This document shows positions 24,044-36,500 of a stretch of DNA of 64,000 nucleotides, piece after piece; within the stretch, counting starts at the first letter, position 1, and every line of letters begins with the position of its first letter. The notes under the pieces were generated by a model. It was not told the origin of the DNA. It searched no databases and saw only the letters and a list, made by a program, of their open reading frames with translations. The stretch is from Podarcis bocagei. Lineage: Eukaryota. The translations under genes were made by a program, and so were the position numbers. The stretch is taken from the NCBI GenBank assembly GCA_964188305.1, contig OZ076885.1; one strand, 5' to 3'.

Positions 24044-24232
24044 ACCTCAAAGTAGCTTGGTATAGCAAAGACAAAGAGATCAAGCCATCCCGCTTCTTTA
24101 GGATGACTCAGTTTGAAGACACTTTCCAGCTTGAGATTGCAGAAGCATACCCAGAGGATGAAGGAATTTACACCTTTGTCGCAGGCAATTCTGTTGGCCA
24201 GGTGTCAAGTACGGCTGCACTGAAGCTGGAAG
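24044..24232 (+). CDS. TTN: titin exon ~44, Ig I15 C-terminal part (DLKVAWYSKDKEIKPSRFFRM...)
   Basis: gagcag| and g|gtacag, 189 nt. Confidence 0.94.
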
Positions 24233-25637
24233 GTACAGTGTACTGTCTAAATAGACACTGTGTAAATTTGCATGTGTTTTAACATTAATATATATTTATA
24301 TATATCTTTAAAACTACATGTAATTGTCTGTCATGTCAGTGTCTTTTAACTCAAGTAACCAACCCCATTGTCTGATGTCAATAGTGCCCATCTGGTCTCC
24401 GCAGTATAAATTCTTCAGAATGTCATTTCACGTTGTTCCAGTGCTCCATAGTTTTCATCTTTCCATTCTGTTTCCAATGAGTATCCAGCACGCACCAAAA
24501 ATAAACGAATAAATAAACCCCCTCTGACATAAACAGATTCCCAGAATTTATTTGTCATGCCAAATCACATTTCTGTTGAAAGGCAGTGAAGGCATGTATC
24601 TAAAGAACTGTGCGATATAACTCAATACAGACAATGGGGGTTTAGGTTTAGGTTTGTCAAACAGGAGCACTCCCAGTCCCATGTTGTGTGGCAAACCAAT
24701 TACGAGACTGAGGTCAGAAGGATGCCTATTGGCTGCCAATGCGAAAAAGCAGCGCCCCAGAGTCTCTTCCTCCTCCTCCTTTGTATCTTGCAATACAAAA
24801 ATGTGTGACGTGCTGATTGTTATTTTTCCCCATTTACAAGTGGGAAGCTCATCACAAAATGAGGCCAGATCACATGGTTTCTACATTAATACATGCAAAA
24901 AGGGAACAAAGAGAAGATGTAGAGCTGGGATGGCTGCAGCCACCATGCATGCGCCATAATATCTAGTTCTAGTTTTGCGAGGCATGGGGGTGCTTAAAAA
25001 GGAAATTGTGATGTGGCGTGTGGATGATGAGCGAATCTGTTTATTTTCTGTCCATGTCACTTTCACACATGACTCCGTCCCATTTCCACATTAATTAAAC
25101 GACATTAAATAATTAGGCATCGCTAATGCTGGCAAAATTGCATTTATGTATAAAAAAGAAAAGCACCTTACACTGAAATTAGAAATGAATGCCCCGTTGA
25201 AAAGAAATGTCTAACCTCATTACCATTCCAATACCTGCCGAAACACAAGGGGGAAGCCCAGAACCTGCAATACAATATTGATTTTGTTGCTGTTTTTCAG
25301 GGTAATAGATCTAGAATGATTTGAAATGCCTGTAGCAGGCATTAAAATCATTGGGATTTCATTGACTTGCATCATGCCAATTCAAACGTGAATATTTGTC
25401 AGAGGAAACAAATATTCAGATATGTGACACAGAGAACATTTAAACTCAGCTGGTTTTCAAATGTTTTGCTTTCCACTCTGCTTGTACCCAGAGCCTAAAC
25501 ATTGTCACTTAGGGAAAGGAAGAATGTCATGCTGTAAGAATGTGTTTTTAAATGAAGGGAGAGGGCATACAGAGCAGCTAGAGAAAATTGACTGGTGTAC
25601 AGGGTAAGAAATTAAAAGTTGACATGCTTCTTTTCAG

Positions 25638-26009
25638 GCTTTAAGGTTGAAGAAGTTACCTCACATTCCCAAAGGCATGTTTCTTCATCTTTCTCCATTA
25701 AGAAGGACCCCGTTGCCCAAAGGCCCAACTTTATCCAGCCCATCTCAAGCTGCAGCGTTTGCAGCGGGGAAACAGTCAGATTCCAAGCCAGGGTTTCCGC
25801 CATGCCGAAACCAGAAATCCTCTGGTTTCATAATCAACAGCTAATGTTGCCAACCAAAGGCGTAGTTTTCCATTTTGATGAGTCGACAGGCACAGCCACA
25901 TTGATAATAGTAGATGCTTTCTCAGAAAATGCCGGGCAGTACTCTTGCAAAGCAAGAAATAGTGCTGGAGATGCAACTTGCATGGCTACACTTACAGTGA
26001 CTGCTGAAG
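25638..26009 (+). CDS. TTN: titin Novex-1 exon (exon 45), one Ig
   Basis: ttcag| and g|gtaaag, 372 nt, phase 1-1; GETVRFQARVSAMPKPEILWFHNQQL...VVFHFDESTG matches Novex-1. Confidence 0.93.
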
Positions 26010-26678
26010 GTAAAGCCCCGCTTTTGTTCCTAGGGAATTCTGTTTGTTGCATAAACCACACTTTTTTCTACACTGTGACTAATGACCTTCTCTTCTTCCT
26101 CGTTTCACACTTTTTAATTTTATTTTTAGAACTAGCAGTGCCGTCACTAATGTCAATAGTCCTAGTGGTAACCAAATAAACCACTCTCGTTTCCTGTACT
26201 TTCAAAGTGTCGTGTCATTTAGAACTTGCATCCTGGTCTATTGCTCAGATAATACACCTGGTTTTTGGTAGACTAAACACATGCACACACTTCAAGGCAG
26301 TGAGTTGTTGGCAGTTGGTAGCATTCTCTGACGTTTGCTCTACTCGGTTTTTAAAGGGAAAGAAGGGATATTGTCAGGGTATCAAAAAAAATACCTTCAA
26401 ATTGCCATGGACAACTGCAGTGGAAAGAAGAGTCAAATAATTACCACATATTACCAGCATGAGCATATTTCATTTCTTCCCATCCATCATTGTGGCTGTT
26501 CTTTTCTGTAAAATATTTGCTGCCTCCTGAGGGCACCTTTAATGAATGCAGCTGGCATGCAAGGCTTTCAAACGAAGACATTTCATTCTTATCATCTATG
26601 GCATAGCGTTTTGCTTTTAACGTGGCCCACTGCAGTGCATTAGATATTAATCATATGTTTTGTTACTTGATTACACAG

Positions 26679-27257
26679 TGCAAGCCTTAGATAGGCTAAG
26701 TTCTGGGAAAGATGTAAAAGAGTCTATCCAGGCAAAATCAGAAGTGCATATTGCTTCCCCCTTTGCAAAGAAGGAAACTCAAGTGTATGTAAAAGAAATT
26801 AAGTCCAAGCAGGAGGCATCACGGGAAATGGTTGTGCAGGCCTTTGAACACCTTTCTGGAACTTCTACTGTGAAAGCTGAGATTGGGAAGGAAGGAGAAA
26901 GCTTCAGTGCCACTGCCATTACTCAGAAGTCAGAAAGCACCACGATATCTGCAACCTCCATTCAAGTGCTGAGAGAGGCGCCCCCAAAGATTCTTCTGAA
27001 ACTTCATGATCTCACTGTGAGATGCGGTGACACCGCTCAGTTTATGTGCGCTTTGGAAAGTGAAAACTTCTCGGACGTTTTGTGGTCCCACGAGGGAGAA
27101 ACGTTACAGGAATCTGAACGAATAAGGCTGTCACGAAATGGAAGCGTTCTCTTCCTCACTATAAGCAATGTCCAACTTTTAGATCAAGGATTGTACAGCT
27201 GTACTGTTCGTAACGACTATGGAGAAGTAACAACAACTGCTATACTAACCGTAGAAG
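26679..27257 (+). CDS. TTN: titin Novex-2 exon (exon 46), unique linker plus one Ig
   Basis: cacag| and g|gtggtt, 579 nt; begins VQALDRLSSGKDV and contains CGDTAQF and NVQLLDQGLYSC as in Novex-2. Confidence 0.93.
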
Positions 27258-28432
27258 GTGGTTATCTGATTTTTAACATTATGTGACGTTCTCTCATTTC
27301 ATCCTCATCATCACTGCCTATAGCTCCTGTGCTAGTATTTAATTTAGAATTACAGTTTTGAGTTCCATTTCCCCCCAACCCTCTACATTTCGGGCTCTAT
27401 TCATAAAGTAACCACATGCACAGGTACTCTGTGCAATTTGCTTGTAAAGTAGGAACCATACCTTCCCCTGCCATGTTACATCTCCAAAAGCAAGGACTAG
27501 TCAATTTGCAGTGAAATACTGAAGCAATTTGGAAGTTTCCTATAGGATCAAAGAGAAGTACAAGAAATTGTTTACAATTATTTCTCCTATTAATTTTTGT
27601 GAAAGTTTTTTTTAAAAAAAACAAAAACAAAAAACAGCTACCGTAGTCTAACTTAATGTAGGCTATTCTAGTTTACAAAGGATTTTATGCAGATATTGAC
27701 TGCCATTAACAGAGCCATTCTCTGAATGCCCTTTTCCACCCATACCAGCTTTCTTTTAAAATTGGAATTTTGCACCTTTTTCCATTCTTTTATTGACCAC
27801 AACAATTTGTTACGGTTAAGGCAAAGAAACTTTCACGTGTCATGTGCCTTGCTTTTCCAACCAACACCAGATGATGAAGGTGCCACAAATGTTTTTACCT
27901 ATAGTCCTCTCTTGTGTTTAAGCAATGAAGACTAAGAATTGACTTTTGGTTTTCTTCTCATGGCATGGAAATAGCTGCACGATTAGCACACAGAAGAGTA
28001 GGAACAACAACCTGAACCCCAAACAGTGCCATATATCCTGCTTTTACAAACTGGTGGATTTCCTGACTTTTCTACACATCATTGAAAAGCATTGCAGCTG
28101 CAGCTGCCTTCTAGGCTATGCAGAAGAAGCCTTGACTAAAACTGAAGATGTCCTTGTAAAAATTACTGTGGGCCAATCCTATTTCCTCTGATGTCAGTGA
28201 CGCAAATCCTGTGGATCTAATTGCACCTTCTATTTAACCTGGCATGAATAGAGCCCTTAAATGTGGAACAGGATAGTATAAAAGACTGGAAATTCAATTG
28301 TTTTTTGCACTAACACGCTGAACATTCTTTTTACCATACTAATGGCTTTTATATACATATATATTGCTGAGTATAGATTTTTTTTTTTTGCTGCAAAACA
28401 TCTAATCTTATCCTAACTTTATTCTTGCCTAG

Positions 28433-28954
28433 CTAAAGAAGCACAAGCCAGAACAGTAACAAAAATTACCCTTGAATCAGATACTAAAAGCATTAAAACA
28501 AGCAAAGAGTCTCAGATTAAAACAGTCTATGAATATAAACAAGAGTCTTCCACGGAAACGACGAGCGTGGCAATATCTACAGCCCAAAAAGCACAAGAAG
28601 CTGAGAAACCGAGGATCAGAGACTACTACCCTGATGTTGTGCCGTGCGAAGACATCGCCGAAACTGGTGCCACAGTACCAGTCTTCCTTGAAACTCTGCC
28701 CCCAGAAAGCTTTGTCAAAGAAGGGGATCATGTCTCGCTGTTCTGTGTAATCAAGGGCTTCCCTACACCTTGTGTCATCTGGCTGTATAACCAGCTAATA
28801 GTTGAGGATTCCGCATTGTGCTCTTTAAGGCACGATGGCCCACTGTGCAGTTTAAACTTACTGAAAGTTAAGGAGAATCAGAGGGGTATATACAAGTGCA
28901 GAATAGTTAATTCTGCGGGACAAGCCGAGTGCAGCACACATCTGAGAGTGACAG
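28433..28954 (+). CDS. TTN: additional Novex-like titin cassette exon (T/S/K/E-rich linker plus one I-set Ig)
   Basis: cctaac branch point, pyrimidine tract, tag| acceptor; cag|gttggc donor; 522 nt, phase 1-1, no stop; Ig signature PVFL..EGDHVSLFCVIKGFPTPCVIWLYN..GIYKCRIVNSAGQAECSTHLRV. Confidence 0.85.
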
Positions 28955-29357
28955 GTTGGCAACTGCATGTTCCTTCCATATACTCCTCTTGCGTACCGTC
29001 GTTGAAACCTGTTCAATCCACAGTCCGTGATATAATGAAGCGGCTGTGGATTGTTGAATATTTTCCTCATGGTGTTAAAGGCATGTTAAAGGCATGTTGA
29101 ATTAGAAAAAGAAAGAGAGGGAGAGGGTGGGGAGAGGGAAAGGCTCCTTTAAAATGCTGTGGGGGGAAATCCCCAATACTTTAGCATCCTCCCACTATTT
29201 GTTTTCAACTTATCAGGTACTTCCTGGCATGTATGTGTATGTATGTATGTATGTTTGTGTGGTTTTTTTCTCCCCCTATCAATGCATCATTTTTATATTC
29301 TTCTCTTGCAACATTCAACTCGCTTTCCATTAAATCACACTTTTATTTTTATTACAG

Positions 29358-29414
29358 CTCTGGAAAGAGTTCTGCAGGAGAAGATAGAACAACAGATTGA
29401 AATGGAAGTGAAAG
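29358..29414 (+). CDS. TTN: titin exon 47 (ALERVLQEKIEQQIEMEVK)
   Basis: tacag| and g|gtacag, 57 nt; resembles human APESILHERIEQEIEMEMK. Confidence 0.92.
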
Positions 29415-30121
29415 GTACAGTCGCACACAAACGTTTATATGGAAAGGAAGGTTTAGCATAAAAAAAAAACCAGTAACCCCTTTGAAAAGCTGATGCGTAT
29501 GACCAAGAAAGCAAAACATATTCTGAAGCATATCTGAATATGCTGCATGTTTTGTTTTAATATGCTCAGGATAACCTGCATTATTACAAAAAGGATACAA
29601 GTTTTAAAGTCCATTTAAAACTTTTCATTTTCACAGATTTGCCCGTCTTTACTTTCACGTCGTGCTATGCAGCTGGTTGCAAAAGCTTTTCTTTCGTATA
29701 CCTTCTTGTAATGCATGGGACAATTTTAGACTGAATTGCTTCAGATGGTTTCAGAACACATTAGTCCTCTAACATGAATGAGTTGGTCAAAAACCATGGG
29801 CTGGCATCTGTTTAAGATGCAACACTTTGCAAGTTGGGAAAGGGGCCTGTTTCCATTGTCGCCCTCCCATTTCATGAACATGATATTAATTCTCCTTTAT
29901 GGAAATTCTTACACTGGCTTGCAGATAGCATAGTTGGGCCATGTTGCTTGCTTTCTTTCCTTTTTTCTTTTTTTGCATAACATTGTGAAGTTAGCAGCTG
30001 TATTAGTTCGAATAAACGCCTTCTCATTTTGTTTTAGCAAATTACTTACAGTTGACTTTTTTTTCATATCTTTGAAAAAATATCTTTTCTATTGTTTGAC
30101 CATTTTAACCCACAATCAAAG

Positions 30122-30160
30122 GGATCAGAAAGGGCGTTTATTCTACTGTCTGCAAGTCAG
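30122..30160 (+). CDS. candidate 39-nt in-frame micro-exon (GIRKGVYSTVCKS)
   Basis: caaag| acceptor after T-rich tract and tttaac, strong cag|gtaaga donor, symmetric phase 1, open frame; no homology support available to me. Confidence 0.4.
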
Positions 30161-30549
30161 GTAAGATTCCCCTCCCCTTCTTTGCAAAGAAGAAATGCAA
30201 AAAAAAAATTACAAAAAAAATAAAAAAGCTTTCCAGGCAGTAAAACATGCACCCACAGGAACATGTCATTTTGAGATTCATTTTGCTTGTTGATGAAGAA
30301 ATTTCCGCAGTTGGAAGAAAGAACCGACAGCGAACGATTTTCGTGTCAGAATCTTTAAAACAGAGCAAGGCGTTGCGTTTATTCGAACAAATATGGTGAG
30401 TGAATTTTTTTTTAATGGATTTGTGATGAATCTGTTGCATGCTCATTATTTAATTTCATTTATAGCTATTTCATTTCTTTTCATTTCTTTTCCCAACTGT
30501 GTGATGGAAAGGACGGAGTACGCTGTAATGTAATGGTATTCTTTTGCAG

Positions 30550-33500
30550 AACTGTTCTTCGGTGAAGAGCCAGAATATGCAGAAAACCCGGCTGGCAAAC
30601 AGGCTGCTTCTGATGATTCCGTAGATCTTCCGCAACATGGATCTCTCCCGGATCTGAAGGGCACAAGTGGAATGTCATTTATGCATTCCTGGCCTGAGAA
30701 ACAGAAACCTTCTTTCACACAAAAGTTAAAGTATCGGTCTGTTATGGCTGGAGAGCCAGTTGTTTTCCAGTGCAAATTGAGTGCCCTTCCTTTGCCCCAA
30801 ATAACATGGTACCATAACAACAGGCAAATCCCCCAAAGTCTGCGAAGGCGAATAAAGAGTGAGAGCTGCATGGATATGCACAGCTCCAGTCTAGAGGTAA
30901 AAGAAGTTCAGGAAAGGGACTCAGGGAGTTACAGGGTTTTTGCTATTAACAGTGAGGGTTCAGCTGAGTCCACTGCTTCATTGTTGGTAGCACATGGTGA
31001 CAAACAAAATGCCAAATACCTAGAGTTTTTGAGACAGTCAGAGAGTACTTGTGAACGCATAGAGCATCTGGTGCAGAAAAGGAGAGGCGATAGGCTCAAA
31101 GTTGATCTGCGGTGTATTGGTTCTCCATTTGATAAGAAGCAGGAAACCGAGAAAGCGCTGAGAGCTTTTTCTCCTACCAAAGGGATGGTGAGGACCATAA
31201 GCTTTGAAAGCCTCTCGTCCTTAAGAAAAGGATTTGTATACGATAAGGATTGGGTAAGAAACAGGCGTGCAGGTAGGGGGTGTAGTGAGGGAGAGGCTTT
31301 GCTTGACGAGGAAACAAAAGTAAAGTTGCAGCGACTTCGCGAGGCAAAAAAAGCCATGCTGGAAAAGAAAAAAGTGCTTCTATCACAGGGATCGACAGAG
31401 GAACACCTTCCCTCTGCGAAAATTGTAGGAATTGGAAATAAAAGAGGCCCGTTGGCTCGTTCAATCTGTGCAGCATCTCATGTAGAGACAAAGGGACTTG
31501 CTTTCCAAACTATAGAGCAGATTAATGAAAAGGCCATGTTACCGACAGCGTCAGGCACTAAAGAAGTTACTGTAGGAAGTTCTAACAGGGAGCTTGAGAA
31601 AACATCAGAAAAATTTCAGGTTAGAATGGAACGGATCCTGGGCCTTCCTGGACCTCCTCAGATTCTCCAGGATTTTCCTGATAAAAGCAATAGGGGAGGA
31701 ATGTTCCGGAGACAGGAGGTAGTAGCCTCTAAAGGGAACGTGAAGCCACAAGTTCCAGAAAAAGATCCAAAGGCAATTGGGAACACAAGATGGATGAACT
31801 ATACTTATACCCATGGAAAATCAGAAGAAGCAAGAATGGATACTCAAGACTTCAAGGCGACACAAACCATTAAGAAAAACCCCTCTCCCCTGGTATATGT
31901 ACTTTTGACTGATGATGTCAGTGAGAGAGAGAAAGATGATGTCAGTGTGAGAGAGAAAGATGATGTCAATGAGAGAGGGAAACCTGATATGATGATGTCT
32001 GATACAATCACATTGAACATTAATGAACCTGCGCCTGTTTTTGAGATCAGGGAAATGAGCAAAACTGTAGAAATGGCAATGTCAGTAAACAAATGCTCCC
32101 TTGAAACTGAAGAGTCTGCGTTGGCTGAGGTCACTGAAACAGAAACAGAGATAGCAGAACCACCTGACAAATTGGTGAGGCCTCTTCCAAAATATCTGGA
32201 GCCATGCCCCCCTTCCTTTGTTCATGAAATTGAATCGCAAGAAGTAAGCGAAGGAGAGAGCTGTATTTTTAATTGTGATTTCCAAGGCCATCCACAGGTC
32301 ACAGTCACTTGGTATAACAATGACAAGCCGCTGTCACGTAACCAAGAATGTAACATCAGAACCACAGAAAATAGTTCTACCCTGACATTCTCCACCATTG
32401 TCCGTGATCAGGAAGGCTCCATTACTTGTGTGATATTTAACCAGCACGGGACTGCTACAAGTTCAGGAACGCTAAAAGTGAAAGTAAAGGAAAAGCCTGA
32501 ATTTGAACCATTCAGTATATGTAAAGTTGAGCTTTCACCAGACTATGCGGAAGAGGAAGAGGAACTCAGTTTGGCATTTGAGTATTCAAAAAAAGATGAA
32601 CCTGATTTAAGTATGGATGGCAGAGCCACTCTCCTGCCTCCACAGATCAACCTGCCCAGACCTTGCATTTCTGATCCAGATCTGCTTTCACTTCCTGTGG
32701 AAATAAAAATAACCGCTCCAACCCCAACTCCAGAGCAAGATGAAGAATTTAAAGAATTAACTCAGTTTGTTGAGTTTGTGCCTGAAGAACCCCCTGAAGA
32801 ACAAACTTCTGCAGGACTAAAGCATAAGTTTAAATTTTCATTTGATGTGGCTCATGAACCCCCCAAAATCTTAAAAGAAATTCAACAACACGTTAGATGT
32901 AGAGAAGGGGATTCGGTGGTACTTGAATGCTTAATATCTGCAGAACCACTGCCAATTGTAACATGGCTGCAGAATGATGGGATTTTAATCCCCACTGAAA
33001 AGTTTTACTTTGAGGAGGGAGATGGCGTTTATAGGTTGCACATTTGCAAGGTTTCCATATCTGATGCTGGCACGTACAAATGTGTTGCCGAAAACAAAGC
33101 TGGTATAGTCGAAACTGTTTGTTATCTTTCAGTTGATCCCACCGTGGAAATGTTTTCTGATGAAACTGAGCTCAAAGCTGTCCAAAGCCAAGTCAGAGGG
33201 ACTCAGGACCAGATTGCAAAAGAACATTTGGGGAGTTATTTTGAATCCTCAGTAGGACTTACGGAAAGTAGTTTTAGCAATAAGGCGTATTCTGTAAGCC
33301 AGCAGTTCCACAGTGTTAGTAAACTGGATTTCAGAGGGGAAGAAACAGGTAGACCAGCCCAGGAAATGGAATCCCAGCTGCCAAATTATCTAAATGATGT
33401 AATGAAGTCTCTACTTGCTGATGAAAGTGAACACCCACATTTCCAGATCTGGGAGCAAAAAGAAGTATATAAAGAGATGGAGTCAAATGCAAAAGAAGAA

Positions 33501-36500
33501 CAAAAGGTAGCCAGTATTTCAGAAATTTTAGCAGACACTCCACTTGTTGAGGAATTTAGAGATACAGCTGCTGAACAAGCCAAAGTAGAAAGCACATATA
33601 AACATGCAGCTATGGCAATATCATCAAGCTGTCAATTTGAAATGGTTGTAGAGAGTCATACGGAAAGAGAGAAGTCAGTTACAGAAGAAGACATTTCTGT
33701 AAGTCATGATGTAAAAGATGAAGGGGAAACTGTAAGAGATATATTTGAGAAGATGCAGAAGATTTCTAAAGATCAGGAATTCACACTAGCATACCTGGAA
33801 CCAGAATCGGAGAGTCTTCAGTGTGGACCAACTCAAGGTATATCACACGAGGAAATACCTTCAAGTGAGATAATCACAGACATACCATTTAAGGAAGTTA
33901 AAGAACAAATCTGCACTTTTGAGCAGGAGTTAAGTGCAAAAGAATCTATGGATCATAGGTTTTCCACACTGCTGCAAGAAGACAGTGATATCCATGAGAA
34001 GGATCAATGTTTTACTGATATATTAAGCAAGAATTCTCAGGATCAGTCAGCCATAGAAGAGAGAAGTATGTTACATCTGCAAAATATAAACAATGAACTC
34101 CAAAGTGCACCTAAGGAAGAACAACTTGACGATGAGGTTGTAAACAAAGAAAATCTGCAGGAGGCAGTAGCCAATGAACAGCAAGAACTGTTCAGAGTAG
34201 AAAAAGAGCAAGCATTCAGAAGTTCTATCTCTGACAAAGAGAAAGACACTTTGATCCATGAGGAAAAGTTCACTAGCTTTGGTGAGGGGAAAGAGAAGGA
34301 AATCCATTGTGGTGAAGAATTGGTAGGAAAAGCAGATGTAAGTGTGCCTGAATTTGTATTTGATTTAAAACAAATGCTTACTATTGAAGACAACGTAGAT
34401 AAGAATGCTCAAGAACAAACTGAAACTCGGGAACTCATAGGCCCAAGCTCAATTGCTGGCAAACTTGATATCTCACTTGATGGAATGCCGGTTCATGCAG
34501 ATACAGAAACTGCTGATGAACAACAAAACAGACTTAAGTCAGAGGAAGTGTATGCCAAAGAAAAATGTTTGGTTTCTGAAATAATACAAGCTAATACAAA
34601 CAAAATCACAGAATCAGCACAAATGGCCATATCAGTTCTAGAACAAAGATTGGATTCTAGTCAAGGTATTTCTAAAGAGGGTGAACTTGTAAAGGAAGCA
34701 AATTATGCCCAAGAAGATGCATTATGCCTAGAGAAGGAAGAATTTGGTTTACATCCAGCTTCCTTAGGCACAGAAACTGTTGTTGAGGAACGAGAGGAAA
34801 TCGTTATCAAAGAACTTTCAGATTTTGAAAGAACAGACCTAGGCAAGATAATAGAAAGTGCAGAAGTTGACACATCAGCTGAGAGTTATAGCCAGGATAT
34901 CAACAAAGAGAAGGAACTGGGAGAAGGAATATTTGATTTAAAACAACTTTCTCTGCATGTAGAAAATGATAGTCAAAACCAGGATGATGTCCTTGTGAAA
35001 GCTCTGCATTCTGGTTCTGAAGAAATGAAACTAGATGTCAACAAAACCCCAGAAATTGTACAATCTCCCACTTTGTTTCTAGAGCAAAAAAGAGCTTCTC
35101 AACAAGAGCTTTCCCAAGACACTGAACCAGTAAAGACAGAATATAGTTTCAAGGAAGCTATCTTATCCTTTGAAGAAGAATTTTCCTCCAAACAATCTAA
35201 CTTAGAAATTGTTGTTCAAGAGGAAGTTCACATTGAGGAAAAACAGACTCATGAAAAGGATCAAGATTCTGTTTTTACTGTTCCAGACATAGAAATTATT
35301 GGGAGGAAATACGTTAAAACTGAATATTCAGTTGCTGAAAGCCTGGAAACTGACGTTGCTGAACATGCACACAAAAAATCGGATTTAGAGGTTTCCAAAA
35401 TAAATGAAACTATAAAGGAAGAAAGTGGTGCACTGCAACAATCATTACCCCCTAAAAATGGCATTTTTGACTTAAAGCAAGCTTACTCAGATATAGAAAA
35501 AAATAGCCACCTACCAGAGACAGAAGAAAGATACTTAAAAAACCTCTATTCCGCTTCTGGAGTTCAGGCTGATACACAGAGTACCATGGAAAATGCACGT
35601 CAAATAATGCATTCTTGCCAAAAAGATTCCTTCTCTTTGAAAACCATGATGGAAGAAGAAAATGTTCAGGAACGTGCATCCCCAGAAAACAAAGACATTG
35701 ATTTAAAATTAGCTTTTCTGAATCTAGAAAATGTTGATCAACAGCAAGAAGAGAAGTTGCCACAGGGGCAAATACCTCTCAAATTCCTGTATTCTGCTTC
35801 AGAGGAAATGGAAGCCTTTCAAGGGCAGCAGCTGAAATCCACTGAAAGCAATGTCCTCTACAAGAGCAGCGACCACAAAGAATGCACCCTGTCCCCAGGG
35901 AAAGAACTACAAACGCAAGAGCAAATGTTTGATCTGAAAGCACACGCTGCATCTTTATCACAAGGCTTTTCATTGAAGGAGGCTGAAACATTACCAGAGA
36001 AAGAAGTGGGTTCCTTTAATCTGAGGTCGGCTTTTGAGACGATGGGTACAGAGACAGAGAGTTTCATAAAACAGCTACAGAAGGCAAGCGTACCAGAGGA
36101 AGGAGTTTCTCTAAGTGAGGAACTTCGTCAGAGCTATAAGGCGCGGCTGGAGGGAGATAATTCCCTAGAGCAAAAATTACAAGCGGAAGCAGAGGTGACA
36201 GTGACACAAATACTGAAGAAGGCCTTAGAAACGATTAGCCTTTCTACTGAACAGGAGCCTGCTACAAAACGGCATTGCGATCAGGAGGGGGAAATTTCTG
36301 AGGAGAAAGTGCTTAGGATGCCAGATGAAGCCTTTCTGTGGGGGCAGCCAGAACCCATTCCTCTCAGTCAGTATTTTCAAAACCAAGTGAAAGAAACTGG
36401 TGTCCTCGAAGCTGATAGTTTCATATCTGATTTGAAAAAAGCTGCACATGGAAAGAAGCCTCAAAGCGTTCATGAAACAGGGGGAGAAAAGGCACGTGTT

